From: Octopus bimaculoides
Taxonomy: Eukaryota
DNA: 39,166 nt
Direction of reading: 5' to 3'
Assembly: GCF_001194135.2 (NCBI RefSeq)
Contig: NC_068995.1
Coordinates: 26,824,339 to 26,863,504 of the forward strand
In this document: positions 11,468 through 22,377 of the stretch, in pieces
Layout of the letters: every line of letters starts with the position of its first letter
Numbering within the stretch: the first letter of the stretch is position 1
Translations under genes and position numbers: made by a program
The notes under the pieces: generated by a model
Database searches by the model: none
What the model was told of the DNA's origin: nothing
What the model saw: the letters and a program-made list of their open reading frames with translations, nothing else

Positions 11468-11503
11468 GATGATATTTCGGAATTAGAATTCCTTCTTCAG
11501 ATC
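11468..11503 (-). ncRNA. Minimal type I hammerhead ribozyme motif with intact core
   Basis: The minus strand reads GAU CUGAAGA A GGAAU-UCUA-AUUCC GAAA UA UC AUC: full core, 5-bp stem II, an extra A after A9, palindromic AUAU stem III and a 3-bp stem I. Predicted cleavage is after C11471. Confidence 0.65.
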
Positions 11504-11648
11504 TTAATTTGCTGGAGTCTCTGCTATAAACTGTTTTCCAACGGTTTTTCTTTTTTCTGAAGCGTCTCAGGAGTGGTCTCATGAAGCTTCTTCTGGAATT
11601 CCTCATGAGAAGTGCGTGAGGTCGGCTGTTTCAATCTCGTGTGTGTTG

Positions 11649-11684
11649 TGTTGATACATCTGTGGCGCCACAGATGTATCAACA
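11649..11684. repeat. Perfect 36-bp palindrome
   Basis: tgttgatacatctgtggc|gccacagatgtatcaaca. Confidence 0.95.
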
Positions 11685-11728
11685 AAGGTTCTTCAATGTC
11701 AACTTCCGGTAGCCATAGTTTTTTTTTC

Positions 11729-12117
11729 ACTTTAACTTCAATCGTTATTGTTCTCACTAAAAGTTTACTCACATTTATTGATGTAAGTAATTTCATAATT
11801 TACTAACAGAAGTACGGTTTTGTGTTTTCCTGTTGCTGAGATTTTTCTTTCTTTCTGGTACCTTCGATACTGGCTCTTTGGTTCACTGAGTGACAAATTT
11901 CGCTTCAACCTTACTTTAACTTCAATCGTTACTGTTCCCACTAAAAGTCTACGTTCTCAATCGCTAACAAGTTCACATTTACTGATGTAAGTAATTTCAT
12001 AATTTACTAACAGAAGTACGGTTTTGTGTTTTCCTGTTGCTGAGGTTTTTTTTTTTTTTTCTGGTACCTTCGATACTGGCTCTTTGGTTCACTGAATGAC
12101 AAATTTTGCTTCAACCT
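11729..12117. repeat. Tandem duplication (11729-11911 and 11913-12117)
   Basis: Near-identical ~185-nt units; the second carries a ~20-nt insertion. Confidence 0.9.
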
Positions 12118-12241
12118 GTACAATATTTTATTTTTCGTTAAAATTTCTTATTGACTTTCTGCCTGTCGTATTAAGAAACATAATTTCCGTTACCAAGTTA
12201 TTTTCATTGTTTACTATCTTCTGCACTCGTGTATTTCTGTA

Positions 12242-12525
12242 TTAAACATTTATGTATGTGTGTGTTTGTAAGAGACAGAGTGTGAGTGAGTCAAGGGGTG
12301 TGTTATCATATGCATCCATCATTTTTGGATGTATGTGTGCGTGTGTGTGTGAGACAGAGTGAGAGCGCGGTGTGTATGTAGTATTTACTCTCTCTCTCAT
12401 ACACACGCACACACGCACACTCACACACAAAGATGTATGCATATTTATGCATGTACGTATACATAACAAATCTCTCTCTCTCTCTGTCACACACACACAC
12501 AGACATCCATTTCATCTGATGTGTA

Positions 12526-12565
<40 letters not shown>

Positions 12566-12729
12566 CGTGCGTAGGGGGTTCCACAATCGCCATTTATTTC
12601 AATTACTCTTGTGAGGATATTCAAGTAAATAATTTTTTTCATTTAATCCCCATTTTAATTTTCGTAAAAGTTTCCAAGTATCAATAAGCAACAATTTCAT
12701 TCCCAGGCAACGCCGGGTGGCTCTGCTAG
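12242..12729 (+). mobile_element. Microsatellite-rich non-autonomous Helitron 3' portion, opposite in orientation to the outer Helitron
   Basis: Hairpin CCCAGGC-AAC-GCCGGG (12702-12717), then CTAG|T at 12726-12730. The 5' end is not resolved. Confidence 0.65.
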
Positions 12730-13999
12730 TATATTTATATGAGCAACACACACATACACACACGCACGTATGTACACCAATTGCATACATATTTTTTGTA
12801 TGCATACATGTTCGTATGTGTGTGTGTGTGTTGCCCGTATATTGACAAAACACACACACCTTGCCTTACATATATATATGGATAAATGATTTGAAATAAA
12901 TATATTTTGGAAATGGCGATTTACGGTACAATACCTAGAAACGTGAAAATCAGACCACATGGGTTTGTTTACATCAATTCCGCAGAGATAGAGAGAGCGC
13001 GCTCTCCCTCTCTATCTCTCTCCCTCCCTTACACACATTTATCTCTCTCTCTTTCTTTCTCTCTCTCCCTGTCTCACACACACAGCAACATTACATACAC
13101 CACATGCTGCTCTCTCACATTAACAAAAGAACTTCACATACACAGCACACTTTCTGTCTCCCATACTCACTATTTCTTTTTGGCAACATGTGTTTTGTGT
13201 GTAATGTTGCTGTGTGTGTGTGTGTGAGAAAGAAAGAAAGAAAGAAAGAGAGATAACTGGCATGTGTATGTAAGAGAGGGAGAGAGAGAGAAAGGGTATT
13301 TTTTTCTGTTTGCTTGCTGCTTACCACACAGACACTGACATACAAAATGTATGTCTCCTTCACCCTCCCTCTCACAAACATACAATTTCTCTCTCTCTCT
13401 ACTTCACAGATTTGACTTCGCCATGTCAACAAACTTCAAAATTGGTAAAAGTTTATTTTTACAGGTATACGCGGGTACCTCTGAGAGAGAAAGTTCACTA
13501 AAATGCACATAGGGTCATTCCGAATCTTCTCCTAAAATTGGAGCAACATGTGTGCTAATTTGTGGACGTGCATAAACCACATTCACATACACACACACAC
13601 ACACACACACAAACATCCTCTCTTTTATATATATACAGATTACATTTGTTACTTCATTATTTACTTCAAAGAAAATCATGAATTTCTGCTTCTTTCATTC
13701 TAATAATTAAACTCCATTTGTTATTGTTTATCCTCATACAAACTTAGTCAAAAAGTGTTCCATCCAAGATTATTTTTTCTATTTATCTGACTTGTCTTCC
13801 CTTAATTACGATGTGAAGGAGATTTGGTTGTTACTTTTAGCAGCAGAGTGACCTATCCTCACTGGCTCAAACTTTACAATGTGTTGCTAAATTTGTACTT
13901 TAGTATTTCCCTATTTTCCCTATTCTATTACCTTTAGGCTACATTTATAATTTTGATCTTTTGAGCAGTAAGTGTATAATCTACCTACCTCAAAAGCCT

Positions 14000-15170
14000 C
14001 TCAGTTTTCCAGCTACACTATATCAGTGTCTAGCAGCCACAAGAGTTGTAAGGTTTATTCTCTTGGACACTGGGCAATCCAAAGAGACACACTAGTGTAA
14101 AGACTATAAACCACAATAATGTAAAGACGACAAACTACTTTGAACTAAAAATGAAATCCAGTAAAGAAACCCTTAGTCTTGTAAATCAGCTTTTTTCATG
14201 TTGGTAGTACTAAATATATGTACTGAGGTATTTGGTTGTAAAATCACTATACATAAACCATTTATCAAATCATAACAACAACTGTTACTGAATATGATAG
14301 CAGACAATAGCACCTCAATAACATCAAGCAGTCCCACCTTAATCGCAACTGCCTTATTGAGCAGATTTTAATTTCAGATCCTCCATTGTCAATGTTGGTG
14401 TAAAGAAGTTAGATCTGATGCAATAGACAATGCAAGTAGATGCAAATGTGTATACACTCAACTTAAATTAGTGGTTAGCAACTTTTGGTTGAGGATGAGA
14501 AACACTTGGAGGTAAATAAGTAGTTGATGAAGATTAAAATATCCCTATTATGCAAAATTTCCAGACAGTACTATTCTGGTGAGGAGTAGAGAATAAAGAA
14601 CTGTAACAGAGAACTGTAGAACATTTCTAAAGTACACTTAGTTCCAATCTTCTGATAAGCTCTGTGGAGAGAACAAGATCCAGCAGACAAATGGCAGCAA
14701 TATAATGGTATAATTACAATCAATAGAGCTACAAAAGTGAAGCGATATTCTTCCGAAGAGTGAAAAGAAGAAAAATGCATAACAAAGAATGATATCAAGA
14801 ACAAGACATTAAGTATATCTAGCCAGGAGATCGGCTGAAAGCTAGAAGTTTGTGCTTTGACTGTGTAAGTTATGAAATATTCCAAATTGTTTGGAGTGTG
14901 TCTGTGTAAATCAGGATATTTTTGAGGAAAAATATTTGAAATGACGCTAATACACTTGCTGTCAGTAACAGTGAGAAATAGTATGGAATTGTTTGTATGA
15001 GATTTTGTTGAATGAGAAGCATTAGTGGTATAATGAGACACTATACTAAGTGTAGCCAGCAGGAGGCACAGTGTGGTTACTATCTTATGGATGTGAAGAC
15101 TGGAAAAACATTTGGTTATTAGAGGTAGTTGTTGAAACATCGAAAGCACAATGCTATGTATAGTTAATCA
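14000..15170 (-). mobile_element. Highly decayed Penelope-like element (RT region)
   Basis: Around 14380-14425 the minus strand gives DLTSL(Y)TNIDNG across a frameshift, resembling the PLE DVxSLYTNI motif. Purine-rich composition is similar to 29500-30250. Confidence 0.35.
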
Positions 15171-15212
15171 GAAGTGGCATAAGAGTATCAAACAAAAGCA
15201 ATATGCATTTAT

Positions 15213-15272
15213 GAGTTGGTCATTAGTTAGAATCCCCTATAATTTTAGGGGATTCAAACTAATGACCAACTC
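15213..15272. repeat. 60-nt hairpin: 27-bp stem with one mismatch, 6-nt loop
   Basis: gagttggtcattagtt(a)gaatccccta-taattt-taggggattc(a)aactaatgaccaactc. Confidence 0.95.
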
Positions 15273-15807
15273 TTGAACGTAGCAAACTATTTCAATACAA
15301 ATAGTTCAAGATATACTTGAATCGAATTGTAGAACTGTGTCATTTGTATCATGAAGCAGAACCACATGTGCTATATTTTTGATAGGATAAAACAGTGCAA
15401 AAGTTCCTAGATAAGAACAAAATAAACTAGTTAATTTTTCGTATGTGTATTTGTTAATTTTTCTTTTTCCAAAATGAAAAGTCAAGGCTTTTCAGAAAGA
15501 ACTGTGCTCAACAATCTAATGGTGGCTTCAGAAACTAGTTGTAAATGGGTATCTTGAAAGAGCAGTTTACACAGACTATAACTGGGAGAAAGTTCAGCAT
15601 GGTATTTAGTGCACAAATAGATTTTTACTAGGTCTCTGACCCCACTCCATCCTTATGTTAATTATGGTTGTTGAGACACAAGACTTCATAACTGGTTGTT
15701 CTTGGTAAAGTTTATATGCTGATGTACTTGGTTCACATTGCAGAAGCTGTTAAAGAACTATGGAAAAGGTTCTAAAATTGGGAAAGTAGTTCTTTCTAAT
15801 TTTGACA

Positions 15808-15880
15808 CAAGGCCAGCTATTTTGTAGAGAGGGACCATTTGATTACTTTGATCCCAGTATTTGACTAGCACTTAATTTTA
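15808..15880 (-). mobile_element. SINE family B fragment
   Basis: caaggccagc...tgattactttgatcccagtatttgactagcacttaattt resembles 2074-2150. Confidence 0.45.
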
Positions 15881-16062
15881 CCAGTCACGTACTGGGGTCA
15901 AAATAGAAAAGTAATTTTAAAAAGCCTTAAAATAAGCATATCAAAGAACCATATGTTCCTTAGGACAAAACAAATTTAGTGCCATCAAAAAATGACAGAT
16001 GACTAATAGTAAATCCATTTGTAACGTTTTTTTAATTAATACTGTTTTTATTTCCTTTTCAG

Positions 16063-16199
16063 GAGAGAAGCTCATTTTTAGCATAGAGAAAGTTTTAAAA
16101 TTCAACTCATTCATGAATTATAAGCAAGGTGTATCTGGTGCTCTACATCTGACCAATTATAAATTGGCATTTGTAACTTCAAGTGAGCTAGATGATGGG
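16063..16199 (+). CDS. MTMR10: MTMR10/11/12-like exon C, PH-GRAM domain (G-EKLIFSIEKVLKFNSFMNYKQGVSGALHLTNYKLAFVTSSELDDG)
   Basis: Acceptor tttccttttcAG at 16062 and donor GTAAGT at 16200; 137 nt, phase 1/0. It aligns by eye with MTMR12 GEQLLCEASTVLKY...GVYGRLVCTDFKIAFL and MTM1 GRVYITNYRLY. Confidence 0.88.
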
Positions 16200-16309
16200 G
16201 TAAGTTTTGGTTTATATACATGTAAGTTTCAGAAACAAAGTTGGTAGTAAAAATTATACCAAGTAAAGTGAAAAAATGAACTTTAGAAATATCAAAATTA
16301 ATTTTTTTT

Positions 16310-17150
16310 AAATGAGGTATTCAGAAGAGGTGCAGTGCACATGATATTTGTAAACCTTTAAGACTGGTGTGGTTAATGTTCATCTTGAATCATCATTATA
16401 CGAAAGAAAAATGCAGACATTTGTTATTGTTTATCCCCAGCTAGTTACTAATCAAGTAGGTCCAGTCAAAAATATTCTTTTCATGACAATCCCTTTTTTC
16501 TTTTTCTTTTTTAGACTTGTCTCTCCATTTTTCTTTTTTGGCAGGAGAGAGAGTTGGCTGTTATTTTTAGTAACAGAGCTAGGCTTCCTTTTTTGATCAA
16601 GTTTTATTTTGATGGTTGCTACTTGATTACCTACACTCAGAAAGGTGCTCAGAGTATCATCAATGATTTCACTAGGTTCTCTTTCTTGTATAAACAGCTC
16701 TCCAATTGTGCTGGTCACATGCATGGATGAACAGGGCAAGAACTATGTCAGATGCAAGATGTGTAGTTCTGATGATGGCACAAGGAAGAGGCAACAGGGC
16801 AGTGGTGGAGGACAGCAAGGTTGCTGCAACTACTGTTGATGCCAGCAAGCAGAGACAGCTGTGTGAAAAGGAGATGAAGTACATAGTCAAGTCAAATGTT
16901 GGGTGAGGTTTGGAGGGGACTGCAGCTGCAGGATCAGGAGGTGGAGGGCTGTGGTAGTGATCAAGTGAACACCTGTGGCAACAACAGGATAACAAACAAT
17001 AGTACTCGAATACCAACTGTAGAGTATTATGCTACTTATTAAAGCTGAAAATAGTCTTCTCAAATTCTCACTCAGAGTTTCACATGAGTGTTGGACTGTT
17101 CTGATGATACTAAATAAAAAATTGTATTGGTACATCAATAATATTAATAC
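16310..17150 (-). mobile_element. Possible relic of a pogo/DDE_1-type transposase C-terminus with a PHD-like finger
   Basis: On the minus strand, a Pro/Ser-rich linker, an RKR and poly-Lys tract, then CIF...YKYHVHC in shifted frames. Weak. Confidence 0.25.
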
Positions 17151-17199
17151 GCTAACTTTTTTGTTTTTGTACGTACCTGTGTTGTGTAAAACAATTCAA

Positions 17200-17530
17200 A
17201 GTGGCAAAGCGAGAGAGGCGAGGACAGAGAAGAAGTAAGAGAGAGAGTGAAAGGGAGTGAAAGAGAGAGAGAGAGAGAGAGTGAAATAGACAGTGAGTGG
17301 TGATGGCGTTCGTTTTGTGTTTTTAAATGTTTCAGAGAGGACCTAAGTGAGAAAGAAAGAGAGTGAGAGAGAGAAAGTGAGAAAGAGAGAGAGAGAGGGA
17401 AAGAGACAGTGAGTGGTGACAGCGTTCATCACAAGAGAAGTAGATACATAGATACAGTACACATTGTTAAATCAAAAGCAGAAGAGAAGAGGGACACAGA
17501 GGAAGTGAAAGAGAGAGTGAGAGAGACAGT
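17200..17530. repeat. (AG)-rich low-complexity tract with a repeated gacagtgagtggtga motif
   Basis: Direct reading; the motif occurs near 17289 and 17405. Confidence 0.8.
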
Positions 17531-17779
17531 AGATACTTACAACAAATATTGGATGTCAATTTCACTTTTGAACTAAAATAATTCCAGTCAGTGGCAAAGG
17601 TAGGAAAAGAGAGAGAAAGGTGAAAACTTCGTTGTGGACTATCTGACACTTACTGCCTGTCTGTCTGTCTGCCCCTCTCTCTCTCTAGGTATGTGTTTGT
17701 GTATGTGTGTGCATGTATGTATATGTTTTTGCACTGGATCTACCAGCCAGCATCACCACTACCTCCAAGCCCATCATGT

Positions 17780-17975
17780 ATGTGTGTGTCTGTCTCACCA
17801 CTACCACCATCGCTTCACACCGATGTTGGTACGCTTGCGTCCCTGTAAATTAGCTATTCAGCAGAAGAGACTGATAGAATAAGCACCAAGCTTACAGGGG
17901 TTAATTTCTTCGACTAAAGGTCGGTGCTCTAGCATGGACACCATCAAATGACTAACAAGTAAATGAATAAAAGGA
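17780..17975 (+). mobile_element. SINE family A, 5'-truncated
   Basis: caccatcgcttcacaccgatgttgg...gactaaagg...agcatgg...caaatgact, homologous to 21890-22050. Confidence 0.75.
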
Positions 17976-18021
17976 TACCAGAAAAATGTTCCGTACCACT
18001 AAACCAAGAAGATTCTTTGAA

Positions 18022-18109
18022 TATGTCATCCGGTTCACCAGTCCTCATTCAAATCGTCCAACCCTTGCTAGCATGGAAAGCGGACGTTAAACGATGATGA
18101 TGATGATGA
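18022..18109 (+). mobile_element. RTE tail fragment with (ATG)n
   Basis: aaatcgtccaacccttgctagcatggaaagcggacgttaaacgatgatgatg. Confidence 0.8.
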
Positions 18110-18228
18110 ATCTAAGGTTAAATAGTAATTCCGTTTATGTTTGTTTAACAGATATTTTGGTTGGATTATATAGTGATTAGTGTTACGTTACTTTCTATAT
18201 TCTGTAACTGTCACAATATACTTTTTCT

Positions 18229-18372
18229 AGGCCTGAAATTTTTGTGAGGAGGGGGCCAGTTGATTAGATCGACCCTAGTACACAACTGGTACTTAATTTA
18301 TCAAGCCCAAAGGACGAAAGGCAAAGTTGACTTCGGCAGAATTTGAACTCAGAACATAAAGACAGACGGTCA
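18229..18372 (-). mobile_element. SINE family B
   Basis: Box B-like gagttcaaattc on the minus strand; body homologous to 2070-2200. Confidence 0.75.
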
Positions 18373-18375
18373 TAA

Positions 18376-18464
18376 TATACAAACATTTCTCATGGCACCA
18401 GTACATTGTTTACAGATGCTTACATTTTTAATGTTTTCTGTGAATTTTTCACGGGTCCACCTAG
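18376..18464 (+). mobile_element. Helitron 3' terminus fragment
   Basis: Hairpin ctgtgaa-ttt-ttcacgg (18438-18454), then CTAG|T at 18461-18465. Confidence 0.5.
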
Positions 18465-19131
18465 TATAATATTAATATAATAGATTGTTGTCTTTACAGT
18501 TCAATGAATATGCAATTAAATTTGATTGAGTGATTGATTTAAAAAAAAATAACAGTGTGGTAAGGCTGTCAGAGGTGGTTAACTGTACTGGTGGAATAAT
18601 CAATAATTAATAATCAAATCGAAAAAATATTTGTGAAAAAGGAACTGAATATATCCAGAAATATGAATTGCAAATAATAATGTTGCAAAATTAGGTAGCT
18701 GAAAGTTAAAATTACCATAAAAGATAAAAATAAAGCAATAGATGAAAAATTAAATAAGTAAAGAAGTATACAAAAAATATATGATACCAGAAATAAAAGA
18801 AAAAGAAAGGAGAAGAAATGTTAGCAATATTGGACAGATATTCAAAGTAAAAAGTTAAAGACAAAAAAGAGAGGGAGAAGAAGAAAGAAAGCCAGAAAGG
18901 GAAGAGAAAGAAGACAAAATAAATAATATAGGGTACATAGTTGGAGGTGGGTGGAGAAAGAGGCTAGTAGAAGGTTATGAACCCTGGGGTAACTAATGTT
19001 ATGTTTTGAAGATAACTGAAAGTTGAAGGTAAGTTGATAGGAACAGAGGTGAAAGGTAGAAAGAGTAAGATTAATAATAATAGAGAAAGCTCAAGCACAT
19101 ACAGTAGAAAGCTCATACAGTAGAAAGTCAT

Positions 19132-21460
19132 TATCATCATCATCATTATCCTCATTTAACGTCTGTTGTCCATGTTGGCATGAGATGGACGGTGTGACCA
19201 GAACTGGCAAGCTAGGGAGCTGCACCAGACTCCAGCTTGATTTGGCATGGTTTCTATAACTGGATGCTCTTCCTAATGCCAACCACTTGACAGTATGCAG
19301 GATACTTTTACATGGCACTGCGCAAATGCTTTTATGTGGCACTACACGGGCACTTTTACATGACGCTGCATGGGTGTTTTTACATGTCACTATATGGGTG
19401 CTTTTACATGTTGCTACACAAGTTTTTTTACATGGCATCACATGAGTGCTTTTACGTGATACCGCCACGAGTACTTTACACAACCAGAAGGATTGGTCTT
19501 AACACTTCTGCTGCAGGATATGGGTTTTCTTGAATACAGTCAGACATCAGGTATCTTGGTCTTTTGTCATCTCACCTCAAAAGTTCAGCTTCCTGAGGTC
19601 ATTCTTCAGTACTTCATCTCATGTCTTCATCTCATGTTATGGCCTGGAAGACAATGATGAAAAGGAGAGAACTAAGGACTGAGCTTTGATGAACTCCTAC
19701 TTGTACACCAAATTCTTTGCTGTACTTGTGGTTACTCTCATCTTACTGACAGCATCTTTGTACATGGCTTGTACAGCTTTCACCAGCCACTCATTTATTC
19801 CTAGCCTCCTCAGAGCCCATCATATCACATAGTTGGGCACTCCATCAAAGGCTTTCTCTAGATCAACAAATACTAGGTATAATGGATCATTCTTAGCTAA
19901 GTTGCCTGACTGTGAAAATAGCATCAGTAGTGCTTTTTCCTTGGACAAAGCCAAACTGCATTTCATCTAGCCTAATTCCGCTCCTAATTAATTGGGCAAT
20001 AACTGTCTGTGATTTTCATCACCTGGTCCAGGAGTTTGATGCCTCTATATTTGCTTCTGCCTAATGCATCAGCCTTACCCTTGTAGCGGCTAACAATTAT
20101 GCTGCTATGCCACTGGGTATTACACCTTCTTGAATGACCTGATTAAATATGCTGTTGACCAGCCCGTGTCCTACCTTACCAGACATTTTGAGGATCTCAG
20201 CTGTGATTCCAGATGAACCTGGGGCTTTTCCAGTTTTCATGCTTTTAATTGCCTTATCTACCATACTGCTGTCCACTAGGATAGCTGGTCCCTCTGTTGG
20301 GCTCACATGCGGGAGACCCCCTTTATGCCATTCATTCTCTACATTCATAGTAACTTTTCCATGCTTCTTTCTTGTCCATATCATTGAGTGCAAGCATACT
20401 GTTATCCATCTGCACACACTTCTCTCCTTCAGTATCCCGATTTTCACTGACACACTGTCTGGCAATCTGGAACACTTCAAGTCTCTGATCATTATGCTAT
20501 TGGACTTTGGCAAACCTCTTCATCTCTGCTTCTACCCTAACTAGATAGACCTGACATCTAGCCTCCCTGATAAGATTCTTTGTTACCACCCTTTCTTTAG
20601 GCCTGTTTTTTCTCTTTTATGGCCCTATCAACATCACTGTTCCACCACATCACCCTTGGTCTGGCAGGGACTTTGCACCAACCATAAATTTGGCCTGTTG
20701 CCTTTAGGAACCTCCAGTTGTCCTCTACGACATATGTTTCTATCTCTCCCTCCTTCTCATCATAGGCCTCATTAAGGATATCTCTAAATCTCTGTCCAGT
20801 TGAAGGATCCTTGAACTTCCATAGCCTCCTTTGCTATATTGGTTTGCTTCTCAGGATTGTTCTGACCCTAAGCCTGAAGTCCCTAATCACTAGCTTATGT
20901 TGAGTTTTACATTCTTCTCCTGGGAAGGATTTTGCATTTACAAGCATGTATCTATCCTGTGTCTAGTGAGCATGTAGTCAATCTGGCTGGTGTGTCCCCC
21001 AGATTGGTAAGTGATCAGATGGTTGGCATGTTTTTTGAAGTTGGTGTTGCAGACCAGTAAGCCATGAGCATTGCAAAACTCCAGCAGCTTTGTCACCTTG
21101 TCATTCCTGGAGCTAAAGCTGTAGCTGCCATATACACCCTGAAATCCATTGGAGTGTTGTCCAGCATGTCTATCGAAGTTCCCTGCCATGATGAGAATGT
21201 CTATCATCATCAAGGTAGTCCTCAGAAGAGATTCATAGAAATGGTCCTTCTGAGCATTTGTGAGTCCAGCATGTGGAGCGTATGCAGAGATAACTGTCAC
21301 AGTTACATCAGACAAGGCTATTCTTAGCTAAATATTCCTGTCACATACTCTGACTACTTCACTCACCTTATCTACCCATTTTTCTGATAGTAGAATACTT
21401 ACACCACCTAGGTCTTCATTGTTGCCTTCACAGAAAAAAAAACTATTTCTCCAGACCTAC
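19132..21460 (-). mobile_element. Decayed RTE LINE with internal deletions, (ATG)n tail and a 24-bp tandem array in its 3' UTR
   Basis: The minus strand has APE motifs (ISAYAPH, GNFD, SQIDYML, GVSILLSEKWVDKV), RT motif KAPGSSGITAEIL and a C-terminal DEVLKNDLRKL; (CAT)n at 19132-19147 on the + strand. Confidence 0.88.
19303..19480. repeat. 24-bp minisatellite, about 7 units
   Basis: cttttacatggcactacacgggca-like units; 8-aa periodicity in ORF 19312-19533. Confidence 0.85.
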
Positions 21461-21712
21461 CTTTTTTATTGTGCCAGCTCTGAGCTTGTAGAACTGGAAG
21501 GAAGGGTTGGGGGAATGTTTTCAGCTCCTGGAAAGAAAAAGACTTTGGGGGCCGCATGCCTGAAGGCCACAGGTTCTTGTGCCTAGGTAGAGTAATGTTA
21601 CAATTGCAGTTTCAATTTCCTTTAGTCCCATGCCTAGGGGCTGCGACTCCCTGTGATTAGCTAGGGAAATAATGTTACCAAAGTGTAAGTGAAAAAGTTT
21701 TAAAAAATATAT

Positions 21713-22058
21713 AGTGACTGTGTGGTAAGAAGCTTGCTTCCCAACCATATAGTTCCAGGTTCACTCCCACTAAATGGCACCTTGGGCAAGTGTCTTCTGC
21801 TATAGCCTTGAGCTGACCAAATCCTTGTGAGTGGATTTGGTAAATGGAAACTGAAAGAAGCCCATCATATATATATGTATGTATTTGTGTTTCTGTTCCC
21901 CCACCATCACTTGACACCGGTGTTGGTGTGTTTATGTCTCCTGTAACTTAGCAGTTCAGCGTAATAGACCAATAGAATAAGTCCTTGGGTTGATTTGTTT
22001 GACTAAAGGTGGTACTCCAGCATGACCACAGTCAAATGACTGAAACAAGTAAAAAAGA
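21713..22058 (+). mobile_element. Full-length tRNA-derived SINE, family A
   Basis: Box A tgactgtgtgg (21715-21725), box B ggttcactccc (21758-21768), CORE-like ccttgggcaagtgtctt (21780-21796), internal (TA)/(TG) tract and a LINE-like 3' tail. Confidence 0.85.
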
Positions 22059-22377
22059 AATTACATCCACATCATCTGAACGTTCACGCAAATACATCTA
22101 TGTACATACTTAATACATATTAAAAAGATACGTGTATGAAAAATGTATAAACTTATGCAAATTGACACACAAATATACAAATACATTCATATTAACATAT
22201 ATAAAGTATACATACACTAGCTCACAAAATATATATTATACACTCATAGAGATAAGCAATTATGTTAAATATATACAAACAACAAAATGAGAAAGAGAAA
22301 AAAGCAAATTGTATATACTGATAAATGAAAGTAATTTAGGATGAATGAAAGATTATAAATAATTAAAATATGATTAA

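Larger units (their letters stand above)
11247..12240 (-). mobile_element. Penelope-like element relic nested in the Helitron
   Basis: Hammerhead motif near its 3' end, a (TA)n terminus, an internal perfect palindrome and a tandem partial duplication, all features associated with PLEs. No clear RT motif is present. Confidence 0.5.
10926..13639 (-). mobile_element. Non-autonomous Helitron, apparently complete (2714 bp), carrying nested cargo
   Basis: The minus-strand 5' end is TCTGTATATATATAAAAGAG followed by (TG)n at 13639. The 3' end is the hairpin CCCAGGC-AAA-GCCGGG, 8 nt, then CTAG at 10926. Flanks A10925 and T13640 give the A|T target with no TSD. Confidence 0.75.

Noticed and set aside
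12242-13501. Multiple 60-106 aa ORFs on both strands
   Set aside because: They are translations of (CA)/(TG)/(CT) microsatellites inside Helitron sequence.
14571-15149. 192-aa ORF, the longest outside the Gypsy
   Set aside because: No recognisable domain or splice support; it lies within a compositionally biased, decayed repeat.
21713-21790. tRNA gene
   Set aside because: Box A and box B are present, but there is no cloverleaf and the sequence continues into a SINE body and tail.
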